From: Trichormus sp. ATA11-4-KO1
GTDB taxonomy: Bacteria; Cyanobacteriota; Cyanobacteriia; Cyanobacteriales; Nostocaceae
Reading direction: 5' to 3'
NCBI GenBank assembly: GCA_019358915.1
Contig: JAHHIM010000010.1
Span: forward strand, 64,001-128,000
Length of the DNA: 64,000 bases
The translations under genes and the position numbers were made by a program. The notes beneath the pieces were generated by a model. It was not told the origin of the DNA and did no database searches. It worked only from the letters and a program-made list of their open reading frames with translations. Shown here in pieces: positions 9,927 to 19,922 of this stretch. Position 1 is the stretch's first letter, and each line of letters begins with the position of its first letter.

Positions 9927-11309
9927 CTAAAACTTCTCCTTCACCATCAAACGTACGCCGCCATTTGGTGCAAATACTATACCACGGCGGACAGGTTTAA
10001 GAGGAACTTTTTCTAGTAACTCTAAGGAGTAATTGGAGAGGATTGTTGCCAAAACTATTTTCATTTCAAATAAAGCAAATGCCGCACCAATACAGCGACG
10101 ATTTCCACCACCAAAGGGTAAAAATTCATAGGGAGAAAACTGCCTTTCTAGGAAACGTTCTGGTCGAAAACGCTCAGGTTCTGGATAAATATCTGGGCGA
10201 TGGTGAGTTAAATAAATACATATTGATAACATCATGCCTTTTGGTAAATCGTAACCCATGAATTGCATAGGCGCTTTCAAAATACGTGGCAGACAGAAAA
10301 ATGCTACTGGGTAAATTCGCAGTGTTTCTGAGCAAACAGCGTTCAAATATGGCAGTTGAGTAATTACTGTCGGGTCTGCATTGACAACATCAATAGAGTT
10401 AAGTTCTTGCAACAGTTTTTCCCGCACTTCTGGGAGATAATGAACCCAATATAAAGCCCAAGCTAAGGCGATCGCCGTCGTTTCATGACCTGCAAATAAC
10501 ATAGTCATTAACTCATCGCGTAACTCTAAATCAGTCATGGCTTGGCCATTTTCATCGCGTGCAGATAATAACAAGCTAAGAATATCTTCACCTGGAGATT
10601 CAGGCTGATTACGGCGTTCACGAATTTCTTGGTAAATCAATTGATCAAGCTGCTGTCGGCGGCGGAGAAACTTTCCCCAAGGACTCCAAGCACCTAAATC
10701 GCGTTGCAAAGACTTAAAAAACAAAAAAACAGCACTCAAAGGAGAATTAAAAGTATCCAACATCGCCGTTAAGATTTGCTTGATTTGTTGGTATCGTTCT
10801 CCTTCTTTTAATCCAAAAACAGCACGTAAAATCACTTGCAAGGAAATATCTTGCATACGAGGACGAGCTACAAAAGTTTGTCCCACAGTCCATTGACTAG
10901 TGACCTGCTGAGTAATATCACGGATTAACTGACCATAAGCCCGCATCCGTTCACCGTGGAAGGGAGGCATTAAAAGTTTACGTTGTTGGAAGTGGCGATC
11001 GCCATCCAGCAAGATTAACGAATTAGCTCCTACAAGAGGTTGAATAATATTGTTTCCTGAACCTGAGTCAAACAGTTGAGGATCAGCCGTAAGCACTTCC
11101 TGGATTGCTGCAACATTACTAATAACTAGTTGTGGAGGAAAGTTAGTAAATTCTGATAATAAAATGTCACCATAGCGCCGTTGTGTTTCTTCTAAAAAAG
11201 ATATGGGGCTAACTATTCCTCGAATCGTTTGCAGCCATTTGGATGTGAAAATTTTCGGAGGAAGCTTAGGAATAGTTTGATTTTGAGAATTCTCTTCGAT
11301 GGTAATCAT
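9927..11309 (-). CDS. Cytochrome P450 (CYP110-like)
   Basis: AGHETT I-helix, ETLR, PERF and heme motif FGGGNRRCIG. Confidence 0.95.
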   Translation of the reverse strand: MITIEENSQNQTIPKLPPKIFTSKWLQTIRGIVSPISFLEETQRRYGDILLSEFTNFPPQLVISNVAAIQEVLTADPQLFDSGSGNNIIQPLVGANSLILLDGDRHFQQRKLLMPPFHGERMRAYGQLIRDITQQVTSQWTVGQTFVARPRMQDISLQVILRAVFGLKEGERYQQIKQILTAMLDTFNSPLSAVFLFFKSLQRDLGAWSPWGKFLRRRQQLDQLIYQEIRERRNQPESPGEDILSLLLSARDENGQAMTDLELRDELMTMLFAGHETTAIALAWALYWVHYLPEVREKLLQELNSIDVVNADPTVITQLPYLNAVCSETLRIYPVAFFCLPRILKAPMQFMGYDLPKGMMLSICIYLTHHRPDIYPEPERFRPERFLERQFSPYEFLPFGGGNRRCIGAAFALFEMKIVLATILSNYSLELLEKVPLKPVRRGIVFAPNGGVRLMVKEKF

Positions 11310-11314
11310 AAATT

Positions 11315-11880
11315 GGTAGTAGTGTATAGTAATGATTTAGCTTGCTAAATTAGCATTGTAGTGATGAACAAAATACCAAATAGCACCAATCAATATGGTT
11401 GTCCAGTATTTTAGAGAATGCAATGTTTTACGAACTAACCGTCCAACTCGTTGCCACAGTTGCCACAGAGTGTTATTAAATCTTTCAATATAGCTTGTCT
11501 TTCCACTATCTTTGCCTACCACTTTATGTTTTTTACTAGGTAGAATCTGTTCATACGCTTCCCAAAAGTCAGTGTAACAAATTGTACACTGACGATAGAC
11601 TAGTGGTAGAGATTGCCATAACTTTTTCGCTGACTGATGAGAGCGATCGCTGCCAATGAAAGCCGTTCAAGTAGTAGTTTGTCGATTAATTCACGTGTTG
11701 AGTTCTCCATCGGTTGCCGTGTTGCACTTTCGACAAATTTTCGTCCACAATTCTGGCATTTAAACCGTTGTTTTTCATAGTGAGTCCGCCCATTTTTGAC
11801 TATGTTGTTTGAGTTGCATCTAAGACAGTGCATAGCTCTTATATTGAAAGACACTTCTTCATTTTATCATTACACTGATT
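11315..11880 (-). mobile_element. Degraded IS1-family element (insA/insB remnant)
   Basis: InsA zinc ribbon CLRCNS...RFKCQNCGR; InsB segments YTDFWEAY, KTSYIERFNNTL, IGAIWYFVHHYN; internal deletion and frameshifts; upstream boundary (11880) approximate. Confidence 0.88.
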
Positions 11881-12267
11881 CGCGATTGCTGTATCAGATT
11901 TATTGGCAGAACTTTTCGCTGTTTTGTGTTGTCTGCTATACATTTACTCAATCCTCTATTTTGTTGTTATGCCAGCATAGAAGCTTTTACGGCATTGTGA
12001 TAAATTTTGCCCTAGCTTTAAATAGTTTTATTTATTCTTGTCTAATTATTTAAATAGCAAAAATTCATCATTAAACAAAGTAAAACGGTGCGCTTTTTGG
12101 TTAAAATTATCCAATGCACGAGAATTACTCAGTAGTGAATAAATACCTATTAAACATGATTTTTTGGTAATTATTCATTATTTATTACTTCAAAATGTCT
12201 GGTGACGTGCTTGCGTACTTCATTAGGCGTTTCTGTAATATTGCAAGAAGATTAGGAGGATAGCTAA

Positions 12268-13968
12268 ATGTATTCCGGACGCACACGAACATTCAAAACT
12301 TCGTCGTCAGATACACCAGCAACAAACCAGTTTGCACCACGTAAGTTTAAAGTACAGCCTTTACCTGAATTAGTTTCACCCCAGCAATCAACACCAGATT
12401 TACAACAGCAACCCGAAGCAACACCTGCGTCTGAATCACACTTTTACAAAGTGTCTATGTCTCCACGAGATTTAGTGCAAAAAAAGCCTAATTCTCACGG
12501 AATGAACTTAAAAATAGACCCAAACGTTCGGGCAAATGTTTTCGGTGAGACAGTTCAGCCAGATGTGCAAAAAAAAGCTGAGGTTGCCAATTTTACAGTT
12601 TCTTCACCAGCGTACCAGCCGCCACGATTACAAATGAAGCTGAGTATTGGTCAACCAGGGGATAAGTATGAGCAAGAGGCTGATAGAGTAGCCGCAGATG
12701 TGGTGCAACAAATTAATGCTCCTCAGCATTCATCTGTGCAGCGTGAAAAAATGCAAGATGAAGAAGAATTGCAAATGAAGCCGATGGTGCAGCGTGTTTC
12801 TGATGGTGGGATGGCTGCAACACCGGATTTGGAAGCATCAATTCAACGAGCAAAAGGGAGTGGACAGCCTCTATCAGATAATATCCGTCAACCAATGGAG
12901 CAAGCTTTTGGAGCAGATTTCAGTGGCGTTAAAGTTCATGCAGATGCACAGTCAGATGAGTTGAATCAATCAATTCAGGCAAAAGCATTTACCACAGGAC
13001 AGGATATCTTCTTTCGCCAGGGAGCATATAATCCTGGGAGTCGAGGAGGGCAAGAGTTGATTGCTCATGAGTTAACCCATGTAGTGCAGCAGAATGGAGC
13101 GACAGTGCAGCAAAAATCACTTGGTAAAGGCTCGGAAGGTCACTTGATGCACTTCGTTTCTCAAACCGATACCAGTAAGGCAGTAGTGCAGCGCGGCAGC
13201 CTTACCCAGGAGGAAAAAGACGCTATTAAGAAGAACATTTCACAGACAAGGAATTTTTGGCAAAACCTTAACGATACAGCAGGAGAGGAAACTGATATCG
13301 AAGAGAAAACTGACACCGACGAGGAAAGTGACACCGAAGAGAAAACTGATATCGAAGAGAAAAGTAACACCGAAGAGGAAACTGATATCGAAGAGAAAAC
13401 TGACACCGACGAGGAAAGTGACATTGAAGAGAAAACTGACACCGAAGAAGACTCTGACACTTGGGTTAAAGGAGTTGGGATGACAAAAGAAGCTGATAAG
13501 CCAAGGGATTGGTCTGATTTTGGTTCACAACTGCTTAGACAACTGAACCATGAACCAGCAAATGTCACAATTGCTACGTTGCAATCTATAACCGTCCAAA
13601 TGCTGAATCAAAACCTAGTGAAAGCACTAGAAAAGTACATAAATGTATTAGATAGAGACATGAACAGCAACTCAAACGACATAAATCAACTACAACGAAG
13701 AATAGACGAGGGAAGAAAAAAGGTAATAAAAGGCTATGTAAAACAAATTAAAAACCCCAAAAAGTTAAAGAAAAACTTAAGGCAACCTATTAAATCGCAG
13801 AAAACAGCAGTTAAAGCTTTATTACAAAAACGTAATCGAAATTACATGAATAAACTACAACAGGAAAATACGCAACTCATCCTCAAGAAGCAGGTAGTCA
13901 CCAAGTTACTCTTGGACTATCAACGCTGGCGGGAACAAAATAAATTCTTCTCATCTCATCGTAGATAA
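12268..13968 (+). CDS. DUF4157 (eCIS core domain) protein with an acidic repeat tract and a basic coiled-coil C-terminus
   Basis: GQPGDKYEQEADRVA, FGADFSGVKVH, AKAFTTGQDIFF and AHELTHVVQQ motifs. Confidence 0.9.
   Translation: MYSGRTRTFKTSSSDTPATNQFAPRKFKVQPLPELVSPQQSTPDLQQQPEATPASESHFYKVSMSPRDLVQKKPNSHGMNLKIDPNVRANVFGETVQPDVQKKAEVANFTVSSPAYQPPRLQMKLSIGQPGDKYEQEADRVAADVVQQINAPQHSSVQREKMQDEEELQMKPMVQRVSDGGMAATPDLEASIQRAKGSGQPLSDNIRQPMEQAFGADFSGVKVHADAQSDELNQSIQAKAFTTGQDIFFRQGAYNPGSRGGQELIAHELTHVVQQNGATVQQKSLGKGSEGHLMHFVSQTDTSKAVVQRGSLTQEEKDAIKKNISQTRNFWQNLNDTAGEETDIEEKTDTDEESDTEEKTDIEEKSNTEEETDIEEKTDTDEESDIEEKTDTEEDSDTWVKGVGMTKEADKPRDWSDFGSQLLRQLNHEPANVTIATLQSITVQMLNQNLVKALEKYINVLDRDMNSNSNDINQLQRRIDEGRKKVIKGYVKQIKNPKKLKKNLRQPIKSQKTAVKALLQKRNRNYMNKLQQENTQLILKKQVVTKLLLDYQRWREQNKFFSSHRR
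13285..13461 (+). repeat. Coding 18-nt tandem repeat, about 10 units
   Basis: Units such as GAGGAAACTGATATCGAA and GAGAAAACTGACACCGAC encode E[EK][TS]D[IT][ED]. Confidence 0.9.
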
Positions 13969-14076
13969 AATTTCCAGATAAATTTGCGAAGCACTTTTAA
14001 TTACCAGAACTCAAGTTTAATTTAGCGTATCCCACGTTCGCTTCACAGCCGAGTTTTTCACCAGGAAATACTTCTT

Positions 14077-16152
14077 TTAAATCCAGCCTTTCACTTCTGT
14101 ATCTGTTAAAGGGCGTTCTAATTTGGCATATTCACTCTTAGCCGCCTGTAAAATATGTTTCATCTCTACAGCTTCCCCAGCATCGGCTGCCAAAAAAGCA
14201 GCATTCAAGGCAATGTTACGAATATTACCACCAGATACATTTAACTTGGCCAACTTACTGGAGTCTAAATCTTGAGTTGGTGTTTGCTTGGGGAAAATGC
14301 GCTGCCAAATCTCCGTGCGCTGGTGGATATCTGGGAAGGAGAACTGCACAATAAACCGAATTCGGCGCAGAAATGCTTGATCTAAAGAACCTTTTAGATT
14401 AGTGGTCAAAATTGCTAAACCCCGATAGGACTCCATCCGTTGCAATAGATAGCCAACTTCAATATTGGCATGACGGTCATGGCTGTCTTTGACTTCGCTA
14501 CGCTTGCCAAATAAAGCATCAGCTTCATCAAAAAGCAAAATTGCTCCTCCTGTTTCCGCCGCATCAAACACCCGGCGCAAGTTTTTCTCTGTTTCGCCGA
14601 TGTACTTACTAACAACAGAACTTAAATCAATGCGGTATAAATCTAAACGCAACTCATCAGCAATTACCTCTGCTGCCATGGTTTTACCTGTGCCACTAGC
14701 ACCAGCAAATAAAGCGCTGATACCTAAACCGCGTCCTCCCTTATTGCCAAATCCCCATTGTTCATATACTTTTGCCCGTTGACGCACATGAGCAGCAATA
14801 TCTCGTAATATTTGACGCTGTAACTCTGGTAATACTAAATCATCCCAGGTAGCACCTGGTTCAATGGGTTGCGCCAACTCATCTAAACGCGGACGCGCCT
14901 GAGAACGGCAAGTATCCCATAAAAGAGTGCTGAGTGCGCTTGCCCTGAGCGAAGCCGAAGGGGAGTGCTGAGTGCGCTTGCCCTGAGCGAAGCCGAAGGG
15001 GAGTGCTGAGTGGTTTATTCCCTCCATCTGTCCATCTCCCCATCTTCCTCTGGCTTCGGTACAGACGGTGTGAATGGTGGCAGCATTGAGATTGAAGTGG
15101 GAAACTAAGGTGTCTATGTGACCGTTGAGGCTGGTGGTGGCTTCACCGAGGGCATTTTGCCAAATGGCTTTTTGCTCGGTAACACTGGGCTTGTGGACTA
15201 CGATAGTGATCAGGGGGCGTTGGGGCGATCGCCTTCTGTGATGACTACTGATAATTAAGGGACTGGGGATATTTTCAATTAAATAAGCGATCGCATTTTC
15301 TCTGGCTGGCTCTATATTGTCAACTTCATCACAATCCAGTAACAACGCGCTATTCATTAACCTATATTCGCGTTCCCACAAACGCAGTAAATCATTGATT
15401 TCGCTATGACGTAGGCTGGAAACTGCTCCGCCTGACATAATATGTAAGTTGATATTAAGTAGCTTACAGGCTGTAAAGGCGATCGCTCTTTTGCTGGCTA
15501 CTTCATCCCCACATAACTGGATAACTGGTATGATTGCTGCTGCTGTTTGTGCCCATGTAGTTGCTAATTGTTCAGCTAGTCGTTGATGAGAAGGCACATC
15601 TGCATGATATTTCACTACCAATGGTTCAATCACACCTCGTAGCCGTTGATCAAGATCAGTAAAACCCATGAGATAGTGTAATACCCGTTCATCAATTCTC
15701 AGTGGACTCAAGTTAAGAGCAGCACCTTCTGTGATGTGAATTAGTTGGCATTTCCGCAATGGTGAGGTAGGTGTGACAGCTTGCCAAAAAGCAGTTGGCA
15801 AAACTGCCATAGCTAAACTGAAGGTAGGATAAGGTTGTTTTGGGTGACTACCTTTGGTATTAGCACATAAAAAACCCCAATTTGCATCTGTTTCCATACC
15901 TAAACACAGTAGCAATATATCTCTTTCAAAGTCTGATAAACCGAAGATTTGGCAGAGAGTGGTGAGTGCTGGTGGGGGAAGATGGGATGGGTAAGTGGGG
16001 GGATGGGGGGAATTTGTATTGTTGCGATCGTCGGGTTTTAAAGCATGGCGAATTACAGTTATGGCATTCATTAAATAACGCTGGTTAGCTTCATACCATT
16101 CAGGAGAGTTAGTAGTTAAACGTAAATTGTGAGTTAATAACTCATCTTTCAT
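14077..16152 (-). CDS. AAA+ ATPase of the eCIS Afp15/Pvc15 type
   Basis: Walker A GASGTGKT, SKYIGETEKNL, Walker B LLFDEADALFG, DRHANIEV; N-terminal FGLSDFERDILLLC helical domain; ATG at 16152. Confidence 0.88.
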   Translation of the reverse strand: MKDELLTHNLRLTTNSPEWYEANQRYLMNAITVIRHALKPDDRNNTNSPHPPTYPSHLPPPALTTLCQIFGLSDFERDILLLCLGMETDANWGFLCANTKGSHPKQPYPTFSLAMAVLPTAFWQAVTPTSPLRKCQLIHITEGAALNLSPLRIDERVLHYLMGFTDLDQRLRGVIEPLVVKYHADVPSHQRLAEQLATTWAQTAAAIIPVIQLCGDEVASKRAIAFTACKLLNINLHIMSGGAVSSLRHSEINDLLRLWEREYRLMNSALLLDCDEVDNIEPARENAIAYLIENIPSPLIISSHHRRRSPQRPLITIVVHKPSVTEQKAIWQNALGEATTSLNGHIDTLVSHFNLNAATIHTVCTEARGRWGDGQMEGINHSALPFGFAQGKRTQHSPSASLRASALSTLLWDTCRSQARPRLDELAQPIEPGATWDDLVLPELQRQILRDIAAHVRQRAKVYEQWGFGNKGGRGLGISALFAGASGTGKTMAAEVIADELRLDLYRIDLSSVVSKYIGETEKNLRRVFDAAETGGAILLFDEADALFGKRSEVKDSHDRHANIEVGYLLQRMESYRGLAILTTNLKGSLDQAFLRRIRFIVQFSFPDIHQRTEIWQRIFPKQTPTQDLDSSKLAKLNVSGGNIRNIALNAAFLAADAGEAVEMKHILQAAKSEYAKLERPLTDTEVKGWI

Positions 16153-16599
16153 AATTAACCTGAGGGATAAGGAAAAGAACAGGTAGTCAGCTGATAACAA
16201 CGTTAAATCCAGCAACCTGCTCTATGTTTAGTTTAGATGCTTTATTTTGCCATGTAGATGATTTTTGTCAGAGTGAGATGATGACGATACTCATGGCATT
16301 TCATCAAAATCACTACCGGAATTTCCAGTATTTTTATCAATAAAGGCAGAGGGCAGGAGGCAGAAGGAATACTGTCCTCCGTCTTCTGCCGCGACCACTC
16401 GTGAGCAAGGGTCAAACCAATTCGCAATTACCAATAGAGCCTCCGGATGCCGCCAGGCTGTACGCAATTAAATCAGTGGGGGCTTGGACCCAAATTGGAC
16501 AAGGCGGGGCAGAGAGCACCAAATTTCTTTCCTTCTTCCTTATTTCTTCTCTTCCTTCTGCCCTCTGCCCTCTGCCCTCTGCCTTCTTCAATTAAATCA

Positions 16600-16710
16600 A
16601 GTGAAACAATACTAAAATCGACGGAAGTCTTACCTCTAGCAGCAAAATCCTTAAACACCTTGTTTCTTGAGATGCGACGAACAAGAATCATCCCTTGATT
16701 CAGCAACGCC
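16600..16710 (-). mobile_element. IS982-like transposase fragment next to a solo GGCGTTGC-type terminal repeat
   Basis: Peptide RRISRNKVFKDFAARGKTSVD resembles the IS982 DDE segment; 16686-16710 matches the TIR of the MITE at 5038. Confidence 0.6.
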
Positions 16711-16712
16711 CG

Positions 16713-19094
16713 TTAATAAGGCCACTTCCAATCGCGAATTTCCGGCATATCTTCGCCGTACTCTTGAATGTAGTGCTTGTGTTCAATCAGCTTATCTTCT
16801 AACATTTGCTTGACATAAGCTGCTGTATATCCTAGTTTGGGCACGCGGTCAATTACGTCCATCACCAGATGAAAACGATCAAGATCGTTAAGCACAACCA
16901 TATCAAAGGGAGTGGTGGTAGTTCCTTCTTCCTTATAGCCACGCACATGCAAATTTTTGTGGTTAGTGTGGCGATAAGTTAGGCGATGAATCAGCCAGGG
17001 ATAGCCATGAAAAGCAAAAATGATCGGTTTGTCTGTGGTAAAAATCGTGTCGAAATCTTTACTGCTTAAACCATGGGGATGCTCACTTTGTGGCTGTAAT
17101 TTCATTAAATTCACCACGTTAACCACCCGCACCTTTAAGTCAGGGAAGTGCTGGCGCAGGATGTCAACTGCTGCTAAGGTTTCTAAGGTGGGAACATCTC
17201 CAGCACAAGCCATGACTACATCAGGTTCACTACCTTTGTCATTACTGGCCCATTCCCAAATGCTGATACCTTTGGTGCAATGTTTAATAGCTGCATCCAT
17301 ATTTAGGAATTGCAATGATGGTTGTTTACCTGCAACGATGACATTTACATAGTGGCGACTTCTCAGGCAATGGTCTGTTACTGACAGCAGTGTGTTGGCA
17401 TCGGGTGGCAGATATACGCGAATAATCTCGGCTTTCTTGTTAAGTACATGGTCGATAAAACCGGGGTCTTGGTGAGAAAAACCGTTGTGGTCTTGTCGCC
17501 AGACATGGGAAGTTAGTAAGTAGTTGAGAGAAGCAATAGGTCTGCGCCAAGGGATATGACGGGTAGTTTTTAACCATTTGGCGTGTTGGTTAAACATCGA
17601 GTCAATGATGTGAATGAATGCCTCATAGCAGGAGAAAAACCCGTGACGACCTGTCAGCAGGTATCCTTCTAACCAGCCTTGACAATTAGTTTCGCTGAGG
17701 ACTTCCATCACCCGACCGTTAGGAGATAAATGCTCGTCTTCTGGAAGGATTTCGGCTACCCAAGTCCGGTCTGTAACTTCCAGCACAGCATCTAGGCGAT
17801 TTGACGCTGTTTCATCAGGGCCGACAAGGCGAAAGTTGCGGTTTTCTGCGTTCAGTTTCATCACATCCCGCAAAAATTGTCCCGTCACTTTGGTAGCTTC
17901 GGCATAGCTTTTACCCGGTTGGGTAACATTCACTGCATAGTCCTGAAAGTCGGGCATTTTCAGGTCGCGCAGCAAAATACCGCCGTTGGCATGAGGATTG
18001 TCACCCATGCGCCGATGTCCTAGGGGAGCGAGTTCTGCTAGTTCAGGAATTAGTTTACCGTTGGTATCGAAGAGTTCTTCTGGTTTGTAACTCTTCATCC
18101 AGTCTTCTAGTAATTTTAGGTGTTCTGGGTTACCGAATACATTGCCAAACGGAACTTGGTGCGATCGCCAGAAATCTTCGGTTTTCTTGCCATCTACTTC
18201 CTTGGGACCTGTCCAACCTTTGGGGGTTCTGAGGATAATCATCGGCCATTGGGGACGTTTTTTGAAACCATGTACCCTGGCTTCTCTTTGGATGCTTTGA
18301 ATTTCGGCGATCGCAATATCTAAAATTGCTGCCATCTGCTGGTGAACGTCTGCGGGTTCGGCACCTTCCACAAAGTAAGGTTTGTAACCATAACCTAAAA
18401 ACAAGTTCTCCAATTCTTCATAACTCAACCGTGCCAGTAAAGTTGGGTTAGCTATTTTATACCCGTTGAGGTGTAATATGGGCAGGACTGCACCATCATG
18501 CACAGGATTGAGAAATTTGTTGGAATGCCAGCTAGCAGCTAAAGCCCCTGTTTCCGCTTCGCCATCACCCACTACAGCCGCCACAATCAAATCAGGGTTG
18601 TCAAAAGCAGCACCATAGGCGTGGACGAGGGCATAACCAAGTTCGCCGCCTTCGTGAATTGAACCGGGGGTTTCTGGTGCAACGTGGCTAGGAATACCAC
18701 CAGGGAAGGAGAACTGTTTAAAGAGTTTCTTCATGCCCTCAGCATCTTGGGAGATGTTTGGGTAGTACTCGCTGTAAGTACCTTCCAGGTAGGTATTGGC
18801 TACTAGTCCTGGTCCACCATGACCTGGCCCAGCGATATAGATTGTGTTGAGGTCGTACTTTTTGATGACTCTGTTGAGATGAACATAGATAAAGTTGAGT
18901 CCTGGTGTTGTTCCCCAGTGACCCAAAAGTCGGGGTTTGACGTGTTCCTGCTTTAATGGTTCTCGCAGCAGTGGATTGTCAAATAGATATATTTGCCCGA
19001 CTGAAAGATAGTTGGCAGCACGCCAGTAGGCATTTATTTTATGTAGTTCTTCATCTTTTAAAGGTTTTGTTTGTGGAGTACTTACTAAAGTCAT
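16713..19094 (-). CDS. xfp: Phosphoketolase (XFP family)
   Basis: [11 protein letters not shown]-binding GDGEAETG and [13 protein letters not shown] motifs; 793 aa. Confidence 0.95.
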   Translation of the reverse strand: MTLVSTPQTKPLKDEELHKINAYWRAANYLSVGQIYLFDNPLLREPLKQEHVKPRLLGHWGTTPGLNFIYVHLNRVIKKYDLNTIYIAGPGHGGPGLVANTYLEGTYSEYYPNISQDAEGMKKLFKQFSFPGGIPSHVAPETPGSIHEGGELGYALVHAYGAAFDNPDLIVAAVVGDGEAETGALAASWHSNKFLNPVHDGAVLPILHLNGYKIANPTLLARLSYEELENLFLGYGYKPYFVEGAEPADVHQQMAAILDIAIAEIQSIQREARVHGFKKRPQWPMIILRTPKGWTGPKEVDGKKTEDFWRSHQVPFGNVFGNPEHLKLLEDWMKSYKPEELFDTNGKLIPELAELAPLGHRRMGDNPHANGGILLRDLKMPDFQDYAVNVTQPGKSYAEATKVTGQFLRDVMKLNAENRNFRLVGPDETASNRLDAVLEVTDRTWVAEILPEDEHLSPNGRVMEVLSETNCQGWLEGYLLTGRHGFFSCYEAFIHIIDSMFNQHAKWLKTTRHIPWRRPIASLNYLLTSHVWRQDHNGFSHQDPGFIDHVLNKKAEIIRVYLPPDANTLLSVTDHCLRSRHYVNVIVAGKQPSLQFLNMDAAIKHCTKGISIWEWASNDKGSEPDVVMACAGDVPTLETLAAVDILRQHFPDLKVRVVNVVNLMKLQPQSEHPHGLSSKDFDTIFTTDKPIIFAFHGYPWLIHRLTYRHTNHKNLHVRGYKEEGTTTTPFDMVVLNDLDRFHLVMDVIDRVPKLGYTAAYVKQMLEDKLIEHKHYIQEYGEDMPEIRDWKWPY

Positions 19095-19231
19095 ATTAAT
19101 TAAACTCCATGATAAAATTATTTCGACAAATTCATTAGTATGCCAGTTTAATCATCTGTGGTCAGAGGTTCATCTTACCCACGATGAATTTTTTTCAGTT
19201 GGCTACTGAAAAATTAGGCATCATATTCATC

Positions 19232-19353
19232 TATAGCAATCGTATCTGAGTGGGAAAATTACTTTTTTTAAACATATCGCTAAAGCTTAAAGCTCCGCTA
19301 AAGCGTAGCGCATATCGCCAAAACGCCAAGAATCACCCATTTAAGACTGCTAT
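19232..19353. mobile_element. MITE-like element (ATAGCAATC...GACTGCTAT ends) containing a small dispersed repeat
   Basis: Imperfect terminal inverted repeats; inner repeat bounded by duplicated CATATCGC. Confidence 0.55.
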
Positions 19354-19772
19354 GTTATGGTTGCTCAATCTCAGATGAATGTTTAAAAAAAGTTGATGGT
19401 GATCTCTATAAAAAAATACCAGAATCAGTATCTAAATAAATAGTTTTTAAGATTAAGTTTATGTTTTATTCACATCGATAGAGAATAATATGGCAATATA
19501 TTCAGAAATTATTATCACTCCAATTTATAAATATGTCTTTTGACAGAAGTTTATTATATGATTATCAGGTAATAAATCAAATAAGCCTAATCAACATGAC
19601 AAATGTGATGGCAGAAAGCCCTTAATGATATTGAGTGACATTGCCTTTGGCTGATAGTAATCGATGGTGAATTAAAGAAGGAAGTGCTGTTGGAGTCAGA
19701 GTATGAAGCTGATATTCCTTTAAAGAACCGCACCTAAAATAATTTTAAGGTTGGCTATGGAACCAACCTTAT

Positions 19773-19866
19773 TAGGACTTACGCAAAATACTTCTTTAAC
19801 TCTCATTCCTCCGTGTTCTCTGTGCCTCTGCGATACGATTCTTCCGTAACTTGTGCGTAAGTCCTA
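19773..19866. mobile_element. MITE, TAGGACTTACGCA family
   Basis: Perfect 13-bp TIR TAGGACTTACGCA/TGCGTAAGTCCTA with TA at both ends; related copy at 40280-40387, solo end at 3023. Confidence 0.85.
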
Positions 19867-19922
19867 CTTATATTCCCCTCATATTTATAATTTTTTTGCA
19901 GCACCCTTTTTGGGTCTGATAC

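Noticed and set aside
13285..13461. Regularly spaced repeats suggesting a CRISPR array
   Set aside because: Contiguous in-frame 18-nt coding units with no unique spacers, and no cas genes in the window
13161..13568. Ser-rich 135-aa minus-strand ORF
   Set aside because: Antisense reading of the acidic coding repeat
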